Positions 1 through 7,756 of a DNA stretch of 10,429 bases are shown here, piece by piece (within the stretch, counting starts at the first letter, position 1; each line of letters begins with the position of its first letter). The stretch is taken from assembly GCA_044352465.1 (NCBI GenBank), contig JBILDU010000102.1, positions 1 through 10,429 on the forward strand, given 5' to 3'. The notes beneath the pieces are model-generated. The model did not search any database, was not told the origin of the DNA, and saw only the letters and a program-made list of their open reading frames with translations. Position numbers and translations under genes: made by a program. The DNA is from Bdellovibrionota bacterium. GTDB lineage: Bacteria; Bdellovibrionota_C; UBA2361.

Positions 1-839
1 CCGCTCATCTTGATGATATCCATCGTCGCCATGGCGAGCCCCGCGCCGTTCACCATGCACCCGATATTCCCCTCCAGCGCAACGTACGAGAGTCCGTACT
101 TACCCGCGCGCAGATCTTTCGGGTCCATCTCGTCGTAGTCCATGAGCTCGCGGAGTTCGGGATGACGAAAGAGCGCGTTATCCTCGACAGCGCATTTGGC
201 ATCGAGCAGGACGAAATCGTTCTCCTTGGTAAGCACCAGGGGGTTAATCTCCACCAGAGCGAGATCCTTTTCGATAAAAGCTCGATATAAGCCAGCAATG
301 ATCCCCGAGAGCTTTTTTGTTTGGACGACATCGAGCCCTAGGTTCAGCCCGATTTGAAGCCCTTGAAAGGGCTGAAATCCGACCCGGGGGTCGACAACCG
401 TGGTGAGGATCTTCTCTGGGCTGTGGTGGGCGACCTCCTCGATATCCATGCCCCCCTCTGACGACGTAATGATCGAGATACAGCGCGACGCGCGGTCAAC
501 TAACATCGAGAGATAAAACTCCTTGCCGATGTTACAACCAGCCTCAACGTACACCTTTCGCACCAACCGCCCCTTCGGTCCGGTCTGGGGTGTCACCAGG
601 GTCATCCCCAGGATAGCCTCCCCGTGCTTCCGCGCTTCCGCTGACGACTTGGCCAACTTCACCCCCCCGCCTTTGCCACGACCACCGGCATGCACCTGCG
701 CTTTGACAACACAGATTCCCCCTCCGAGAGCATCGGCCGCGGCCTCGACCTCACCCGGTGTGTAACACAGATGCCCCGCAAGGCACGGCAGGCCGAACGT
801 CTTGAGGACCGCCTTCGATTGATACTCGTGAAGATTCAT
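1..839 (-). CDS. sucC: Succinyl-CoA synthetase beta subunit (ADP-forming), partial: runs off the window start
   Basis: Absent from the ORF track, presumably because no stop lies in the window. Manual translation from the ATG at 839 gives MNLHEYQSKAVLKTFG...VVKAQVHAGGRGKGGGVKLAK... and, in the same frame at the window edge, CMVNGAGLAMATMDIIK. These are SucC signature motifs. A purine-rich GGGGAAA lies upstream of the ATG. Confidence 0.97.
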   Translation of the reverse strand, partial: MNLHEYQSKAVLKTFGLPCLAGHLCYTPGEVEAAADALGGGICVVKAQVHAGGRGKGGGVKLAKSSAEARKHGEAILGMTLVTPQTGPKGRLVRKVYVEAGCNIGKEFYLSMLVDRASRCISIITSSEGGMDIEEVAHHSPEKILTTVVDPRVGFQPFQGLQIGLNLGLDVVQTKKLSGIIAGLYRAFIEKDLALVEINPLVLTKENDFVLLDAKCAVEDNALFRHPELRELMDYDEMDPKDLRAGKYGLSYVALEGNIGCMVNGAGLAMATMDIIKMS

Positions 840-904
840 ACAGATTTCCCCGTATCGCGTTGAATATTAAAACCGCTGTGAACTAAGCTTCGTTGTGCAA
901 TGGA

Positions 905-1729
905 TTAGAGGCCAACCCATTTTTTGAGGAGCCGACCGGTCGCTTGACGCCCCACATCAGCGATCGACTCGGTGAGGGGTATCTTTTTCGGACACGCCTC
1001 AACGCAGTTCTGCGCATTGCCACAATCAGCGATTCCGCCCTCGCCCATCACAGCATCGAGCCGCTCATTCGCCTGATAGGCACCGGTCGGGTGACTATTA
1101 AAGAGTCGAACCTGATTGATAGTTTGCGCCCCCACAAAGTTGTTATCCTTTGAAAACTGAGGACAAACTTGTAAACACACCCCGCACGACATACAGGTCG
1201 ACATGGTGTAGCGGGCGAGTGCATCCTCCGGATTCTGGCGGGGTCCCTGACCAAGGTCATAGCTTCCATCGATCTCGATCCATGCCTTGACCTTCTTCAG
1301 GTTGTTAAACATCCGGGTGCGATCGACCGCAAGGTCACGCACGATCGGAAACTTATCCATCGGCTCGAGGGTAATCGGTTGCTCAAGCTGATCAACGAGG
1401 GCGGTGCATCCTTGGCGCGCCTTGCCGTTCACCACCATGGAGCAAGCACCACACACCTGCTCCAAACAATTCGACTCCCAAACGATCGGCTCCACTCGGG
1501 TTCCGGTTATATCGACCGGATTCTTCCGAATCTCCATCAGGACCGATAAGACGTTGTGCCCGCGCTGGTAAGGGACTTCGAACTCTTGCCAGTACGGCAA
1601 AGACTCAGGGCCGTCCTGCCGACGGACCTTGACCCGTATCTTCGTTTTCCAACGCTCCGGTGCCTGACCGTGATGGCCGTTTGAAGCATGACCGTTCGAG
1701 GAATGATCGTGACCGTTGTGGTTATGCAT
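905..1729 (-). CDS. sdhB: Succinate dehydrogenase iron-sulfur subunit (Bacillus-like type B)
   Basis: 2Fe-2S motif CLEQVCGAC...QGC and cluster motifs CMSCGVCLQVCP and CGNAQNCVEACP. Also has FPIVRDLAVDR. Follows sdhA, with AAGAAAGG upstream of the ATG. Confidence 0.97.
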   Translation of the reverse strand: MHNHNGHDHSSNGHASNGHHGQAPERWKTKIRVKVRRQDGPESLPYWQEFEVPYQRGHNVLSVLMEIRKNPVDITGTRVEPIVWESNCLEQVCGACSMVVNGKARQGCTALVDQLEQPITLEPMDKFPIVRDLAVDRTRMFNNLKKVKAWIEIDGSYDLGQGPRQNPEDALARYTMSTCMSCGVCLQVCPQFSKDNNFVGAQTINQVRLFNSHPTGAYQANERLDAVMGEGGIADCGNAQNCVEACPKKIPLTESIADVGRQATGRLLKKWVGL

Positions 1730-1752
1730 ACCGTAACCTTTCTTAAATCACC

Positions 1753-3558
1753 TTATACGCTCGCTGCCGCGCCCGCACCGCTCTCGGCAGAGCCTCCCGC
1801 GCCGGCCTTCTTATCGACGTTGTAAACCCGCTTACGGGGAACGATAAACCGGGTATCAACTTGTTCATACGAGAGCGCCGGCCCACTCGGGGTGAAGCGA
1901 GCCATCGTCGTCTTGAGCCACTTTTCGTCGTTCCTTTCGGGGAACTCCGGCTTGTAGTGCGCCCCGCGACTTTCATCCCGATTAAGCGCGCCGAGGGTGA
2001 TCGCCTCAGCGATGTGGAGCATGTTTCTAAAATGGTTAATGAAAAGGAGCTCCTGGTTGTACACCGTTGTTTTCGTCGTGTTGAGCCCGATTCTTGACCA
2101 CCGATCGCGTAATTCTTGAATGAAAGCTATGGTATCCCGTAGCTCGTCGTTGCGGCGCACAACCGTAACCTTGTTCGTCATCGCCTCCCCCAACAACTGG
2201 TGGAGATGATAGACGTTCTCATTGCCGTTCATCCGCTTGATAGTAGCTAACTTCTCGGTCTGCTCCTTCACCGCCGCCGCAAAGAGCGCGTCCGACGCGT
2301 CAGCCGCGTGGGACTCAAGCCCCTTGCAGTACTCCATAATCTTCGGGCCACCCTTAAGACCATCGAACGTACAACTTAAAAGAGCGTTCGCCCCAAGTCG
2401 GTTGGCTCCGTGATATTCGTAGTTACACTCCCCGCCTGCGAAGAGCCCCGGAATATTGGTCATGAGGTTGAAATCAACCCACAGCCCGCCCATCGAATAA
2501 TGCATTCCGGGGAAGATCTTCATCGGCACCTTGCGCGGATTGTCTCCGACAAAGGTTTCGTAGATCTCAAGAATTCCGCCTAAACGCTTGTTGAGAAAAT
2601 CCTCCGAGAGATGGCTCAGATCGAGGTACACCATGTTTTCCCCGTTCACCCCGAGCTTCTGGCGCACACAAACGTCGAAGATCTCGCGGGTCGCGATATC
2701 ACGGGGTACGAGATTTCCGTAGGCGGGGTATTTCTCCTCAAGGAAGTACCACGGCTTCCCATCCTTATAGGTCCAGACACGTCCCCCTTCACCCCGAGCC
2801 GACTCACTCATCAAGCGAAGTTTATCGAGCCCTGGAATCGCCGTCGGATGGACCTGAATAAACTCCCCGTTCGCAAATACCGCCCCTTGCTGATACACCG
2901 CCGAGGCGGCGGTCCCGGTATTCACCACCGAGTTCGTCGATTTCCCGAAAACCTGACCGATCCCACCGGTACAGAGCATAACCGCGTCAGCTTTAAACGA
3001 ACGCACCTCGCCCGACTTCACGTCGATAGCAACGATTCCGCGGCACACCCCGGAATCATCAGTTATCGCTGAGAGGAACTCCCAGAATTCGTATTTTTCG
3101 ACCTTCCCTTCCACTTCGCGTCGCCGCACCTGCTCATCGAGCGCGTAGAGAAGTTGCTGCCCGGTCGTTGCTCCCGCGAACGCCGTGCGGTGATGCTTCG
3201 TGCCACCGAAGCGTCGAAAGTCTAAGAGACCCTCTTGGGTTCGACTAAAAGGTACGCCCATCCGGTCGTACAAAAAGATAATGTTCGGCGCCATCGCGGT
3301 CATCTCTTTGACCGGCTCTTGATTGGCGAGAAAGTCCCCACCGTAGATGGTATCGTCGAAGTGCTCCTCAACGCTGTCGCCCTCGCCCTTGATATTCACC
3401 GCGGCGTTAATACCACCCTGAGCGCAAACACTGTGCGAGCGCTTCACCGGCACGATGGAAAAGACTTTTACCTTCGCACCGAGCTCAGCAAGCTTCATGG
3501 TTGCCGCGAGACCGGCAAGACCACCACCGACGACGATTACCTCGAACTGCTTCGCCAT
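1753..3558 (-). CDS. sdhA: Succinate dehydrogenase flavoprotein subunit
   Basis: N-terminal GGGLAG FAD-binding motif and covalent-FAD His motif RSHSVCAQGG. Active-site motifs FIQVHPT, SESARGEGG, PRD, HYSMGG and HGANRLG, plus C-terminal ESRGAH. Confidence 0.98.
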   Translation of the reverse strand: MAKQFEVIVVGGGLAGLAATMKLAELGAKVKVFSIVPVKRSHSVCAQGGINAAVNIKGEGDSVEEHFDDTIYGGDFLANQEPVKEMTAMAPNIIFLYDRMGVPFSRTQEGLLDFRRFGGTKHHRTAFAGATTGQQLLYALDEQVRRREVEGKVEKYEFWEFLSAITDDSGVCRGIVAIDVKSGEVRSFKADAVMLCTGGIGQVFGKSTNSVVNTGTAASAVYQQGAVFANGEFIQVHPTAIPGLDKLRLMSESARGEGGRVWTYKDGKPWYFLEEKYPAYGNLVPRDIATREIFDVCVRQKLGVNGENMVYLDLSHLSEDFLNKRLGGILEIYETFVGDNPRKVPMKIFPGMHYSMGGLWVDFNLMTNIPGLFAGGECNYEYHGANRLGANALLSCTFDGLKGGPKIMEYCKGLESHAADASDALFAAAVKEQTEKLATIKRMNGNENVYHLHQLLGEAMTNKVTVVRRNDELRDTIAFIQELRDRWSRIGLNTTKTTVYNQELLFINHFRNMLHIAEAITLGALNRDESRGAHYKPEFPERNDEKWLKTTMARFTPSGPALSYEQVDTRFIVPRKRVYNVDKKAGAGGSAESGAGAAASV

Positions 3559-3571
3559 ACCGTTCTCTCCG

Positions 3572-4243
3572 TTAACCGAAAATCATCGAACCGAGCTTCG
3601 CCAGAAACCCACCGTCCAGCTTAAATGCCGAAAGAATATCAAGCCCCACGATGCACAACACCACGAAGAATGCATTCGTCGCACACGCCAAACGCTTCTG
3701 CGCCTGCTGAGAGGTGACAAGGCCCCACGTAATTGAGAAACTCCACAAACCGTTGGCGAAGTGGAACGTCGCCGCAACGATCCCCACGACGTAAATGAGG
3801 AGCACCGTCGTTGACGACAACGACGCAGCCATGTCGGCAAAGCTATAATCAGAACCTTTGACGAAAAGCGACCAGATACGCGTCGTCGCCACGTGATACA
3901 CGAGGTAGAGGAAAGCGATAATTCCCGAGACTCGCTGAAGAGTGTAACTCCAGTTTCGTCCGTACGGATAATGGGTCACGTTTGGACGCGCACTCGCGGT
4001 AATAAACAAACCGTAGATCGAATGAAAGAGCAGCGGTATCAGGAGGACACCGAGCTCAATCGCATAGATGTAAGGCATCTCTCCGATCTTTTGAACCGTC
4101 GCATCGAACGCCTCCGGACCCCGACGCGCCGATGCATTTTCAAAAAAATGGAAGAGCAGAAATCCGCCGATCGGCACGATGCCGGTCAACGAATGGAGTC
4201 TTCGAAGCAAAAAGTGACGCTCATCAGCGTTCAACGTCGCCAT
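3572..4243 (-). CDS. sdhC: Succinate dehydrogenase cytochrome b558 membrane anchor (single subunit, diheme type)
   Basis: Motifs RRLHSLTGIVP, QRVSG and FHFANGLW...WG, with about 5 hydrophobic segments. His17/32/74/117/161 are spaced like B. subtilis SdhC His13/28/70/113/155. Lies directly upstream of sdhA. Confidence 0.95.
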   Translation of the reverse strand: MATLNADERHFLLRRLHSLTGIVPIGGFLLFHFFENASARRGPEAFDATVQKIGEMPYIYAIELGVLLIPLLFHSIYGLFITASARPNVTHYPYGRNWSYTLQRVSGIIAFLYLVYHVATTRIWSLFVKGSDYSFADMAASLSSTTVLLIYVVGIVAATFHFANGLWSFSITWGLVTSQQAQKRLACATNAFFVVLCIVGLDILSAFKLDGGFLAKLGSMIFG

Positions 4244-4294
4244 AAACCGTTCTCACCCTCGTTCTATCCCAACCCCCCGTTACCAGGGCGCGTT

Positions 4295-5245
<951 letters not shown>

Positions 5246-5252
5246 TCAATAA

Positions 5253-5280
5253 CCCCCTCGGTAGCTACCGCATGAGGGGA
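5253..5280. other. Intergenic inverted repeat containing the perfect 12-bp palindrome CGGTAGCTACCG (5259-5270)
   Basis: Minus strand reads TCCCCTCATG-CGGTAGCTACCG-AGGGGG. Only TTATT follows it, so it is at best a weak terminator. It could be a stabilising hairpin or an operator. Confidence 0.45.
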
Positions 5281-5299
5281 TAAAAAATCAGAACCAAAA

Positions 5300-6412
5300 C
5301 TAATTTGCGGGCGTTGCGGGCCGCGGATCCGACTTCGCGCCACTCTCGGCCAACTTCTTCGGGGCTAACGCCTCAAACGCTCCCAACTGGTTCAACAACT
5401 CGTTCGTATCGAGTCGCTTGACGTCGATCCCGTTGCCACCGCTCGCGCTGTCGAGCACGACAAACTTCGGGTCGGACTTGATAAGGCTCTTCGCCAACTC
5501 CAGCTTCAAGATAGCCTCAGCACCCGGTCCCGACAAGGCGTTGATCTGTTCGATAAGCCCCTCCACCTCAGCTTTTCCCTGTGCGGTTATAGCTTTGGCC
5601 TCGTTGGTTCGCGCCTCGTAGTAAGCATCCCCGCGCAGGGCGGCTTGTTTTTTATATCCCTCAGCCTCGGCAACTCGCCGATTGACCCCCGCCTGGGTCT
5701 CATTGTACTCCTGCTGCTTCTTCGCCCGGATCGTATCGATCCGCAGCTTTTCCCGCTCCGTATCCTCGCGCAGCTTTTGTATCTCCGTCAGCTTTTCTTG
5801 ATAGCTCGAGTCGACCGAACCATCGCGCAAAATCCGCTCGAAGCGGTAGCCATCCAACGACACACGCTGAACCTCTATCCCGTACGGCTCGAGCCGCTCA
5901 ATCATCGCGGCTTTGACGGCGTCGACCGCCTCATAGCGCGACTTCTCATCTAAAAACTCCGCGGTGCGAAGGGCGTTCATTTTGGTGCGAATCTCCGCTC
6001 GTCCTACCGACACCACGAGATCACGAATCTCTTCATTTGAGGTGCCGACCTCCTCGAGCAGCTTCACGAGCTTCGCAGCTTCGGTCTGAAGCCGGTACCT
6101 GACCGTGACCGCGAGCGCGACCTCATTTCCATCAAGCGCCCGGGTGTGAACGAAATTTCCAGCGTCGGCGCTATCCGACTTTCCGCTCCCCCACGACACA
6201 TCCCGAACCGAGGTATCGAAGCGATATACAGAATCCCACGGCCACAGAACCGCCATTCGAGCGGGCGCTATCGTTGACTGCGACACCCCACCACCGAGCA
6301 GCGGGGGCAACCGCCGGAAACGGAGCCCGTACTCAGTCGGCCCCATCTGTTGGCATCCGGAGAAGGCCACCACAAAAAGAATGAGAACGCTCAGCCTTAA
6401 GATCTGCCGCAT
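5300..6412 (-). CDS. SPFH/band-7 domain protein (HflK-like), predicted lipoprotein
   Basis: SPFH-type segments PTEYGLRFRR, LWPWDSVYRFD, TRALDGNEVALAVTVRYR and LEPYGIEVQRVSL. These are followed by a long Ala/Glu/Lys coiled coil (AEAEGYKKQ...AEVEG). The N-terminus MRQILRLSVLILFVVAFSG-C is lipobox-like. Confidence 0.85.
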   Translation of the reverse strand: MRQILRLSVLILFVVAFSGCQQMGPTEYGLRFRRLPPLLGGGVSQSTIAPARMAVLWPWDSVYRFDTSVRDVSWGSGKSDSADAGNFVHTRALDGNEVALAVTVRYRLQTEAAKLVKLLEEVGTSNEEIRDLVVSVGRAEIRTKMNALRTAEFLDEKSRYEAVDAVKAAMIERLEPYGIEVQRVSLDGYRFERILRDGSVDSSYQEKLTEIQKLREDTEREKLRIDTIRAKKQQEYNETQAGVNRRVAEAEGYKKQAALRGDAYYEARTNEAKAITAQGKAEVEGLIEQINALSGPGAEAILKLELAKSLIKSDPKFVVLDSASGGNGIDVKRLDTNELLNQLGAFEALAPKKLAESGAKSDPRPATPAN

Positions 6413-6416
6413 ACCT

Positions 6417-7526
6417 CTACCTTTCGCTCACCCCGAGTTTTTTCATCCACGCTTCGATATTGTAGGGATCAACATCGGCGACGACACCCCCACGAAGCGA
6501 GCTTAAGAGCGGCGCGATCTCACGAGCCACGTGCACCCGCGCGCCAGCGCTCTGGGACAGCGCCGCCGATTTCTCTTTATCCACCTCTGCGCGCGCTTTC
6601 GCGACCAGAAGATCGGCTCCCGCTCGTTTTTCGCTCTCGTAGAGCATCCCCTCGGAACGCACCACGTTCGCTTTATTCTCCCCTTCGACCTTCAGCGTTT
6701 CGATCTTCGCGTCCCATTCAGCCGCTACCTGCTCCAGTTGAGCTTGCGCCGCAGCGAAGAGACCCGCCGTTGTGTTTAAGCGCTCCTCCTGATCCTGGAG
6801 ATTCTTCTGGAAGATCGCGTTCTCGATTCGCTCCTCACGAAAGGTGTAGCGACGGAGCAAGACGCCTTCGATCTTCATCCCCTCGGGGGCCAAGATCGTA
6901 TTCATATTGCTTTGCGCGATGGCGATCTGCTCCTCGCGCTTAAAGGGGTTGTAAAAGTCTTGGTTCGAGAGGGTACCGAGGGTCCGTTTTAATTGGTCGT
7001 CAACGGTGCGACGGATGTGATTTTCCCAGCGCTCCTTCTCGATACCGATCCGTTGCAGCAGCTCAGCCGGGCCGCCGTGAACCCGCCCGTTCTCGGTACC
7101 TGATCGCGGGTAAAACACACTCAGGATCGAGATATCGACATCGACACTGGCGCGATCCGCGGTTTGAATCTCAAGGGAACCGAGAGCGATACCACTACGC
7201 GCCCTGTCGCCCTCCGTCTCGCGGGTCAGATTTAAGATCTGCACGGTGCGAGGCACCATATGGATCTTTGAGTACGCGGGAATACTCCAGTGATAGCCCG
7301 GCGCTAAGGCGCGATCGGAAAAGCCCTGTCCCGGTCCAAAAGAGATCTGCCGCACCCCCATGACTCCCGGCGGGACGACCGACCCAAAGGTGTAGAGCAG
7401 CGCGCCGGCGACAAGAGCGAGCAACACGATTGAAACGAGAAGCCCCTTTACCGCGAGCCCCCGCTCGGAGGAGGAATACTCCGAATAAGAGCGCCCCAAC
7501 GAAAAACGACCGGTGAATTTATCCAT
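6417..7526 (-). CDS. SPFH/band-7 domain protein (HflK/HflC-like) with an N-terminal transmembrane anchor
   Basis: TM helix at about residues 28-47, then VPPGVMGVRQ, LAPGYHWSIP, IQTADRASVDVDISI and EGMKIEGVLLRRY. A C-terminal coiled coil follows. Its stop lies 4 nt before the next SPFH start. Confidence 0.85.
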   Translation of the reverse strand: MDKFTGRFSLGRSYSEYSSSERGLAVKGLLVSIVLLALVAGALLYTFGSVVPPGVMGVRQISFGPGQGFSDRALAPGYHWSIPAYSKIHMVPRTVQILNLTRETEGDRARSGIALGSLEIQTADRASVDVDISILSVFYPRSGTENGRVHGGPAELLQRIGIEKERWENHIRRTVDDQLKRTLGTLSNQDFYNPFKREEQIAIAQSNMNTILAPEGMKIEGVLLRRYTFREERIENAIFQKNLQDQEERLNTTAGLFAAAQAQLEQVAAEWDAKIETLKVEGENKANVVRSEGMLYESEKRAGADLLVAKARAEVDKEKSAALSQSAGARVHVAREIAPLLSSLRGGVVADVDPYNIEAWMKKLGVSER

Positions 7527-7570
7527 GCAACGCCCCCCGAAACGGGCGAAAAAACCAAACAGTGCGCGTC

Positions 7571-7600
7571 ATTATTCCAACGAATATCAGCCCGTTGCAA
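7571..7600 (-). promoter_or_regulatory. Possible sigma70-type promoter for the SPFH genes
   Basis: Minus strand TTGCAA-N18-AATAAT with a TG dinucleotide in the extended -10 position. The -10 box ends 44 nt upstream of the ATG at 7526. Motif match only. Confidence 0.35.
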
Positions 7601-7608
7601 GTGTTAAT

Positions 7609-7665
7609 GGAGTCGCTCGGGAGGCTCTTTGGGAGGGGCAATCGACCTTCAAGCCCGAGGACTCC
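7609..7665. repeat. GC-rich inverted repeat forming a long hairpin between the M23 and SPFH genes
   Basis: GGAGTC(G)CTCGGG at 7609-7621 pairs with CCCGAGGACTCC at 7654-7665 (12 bp with one bulge). An inner pairing TTGGGAGG/CCTTCAA is also possible. Confidence 0.6.
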
Positions 7666-7756
7666 CCGGAAATGACGACTAACGGATTTTCTCTACCACG
7701 CTTCTGGAATGATACCCCTCATACCGGTGGCGGTGTGAAGAAACTGCGGCAGGAGA

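Noticed and set aside
50..331. 93-aa minus-strand ORF and the 523-765 + strand ORF in the track
   Set aside because: Both lie within sucC, which is encoded in another frame and is absent from the ORF track.
1730..1755. Possible SdhA-SdhB fusion by readthrough, using the Gly/Ala tail and His tract as a linker
   Set aside because: The genes are out of frame (26 nt from the first base of the stop to the start), sdhB has its own RBS, and there is no clear frameshift signal.
4275..4288. Small CCCTG-GTAA-CGGGG hairpin with a GNRA loop between mdh and sdhC as a terminator
   Set aside because: It has only 5 bp including a G-U pair and no U-tract, so it is too weak to call.
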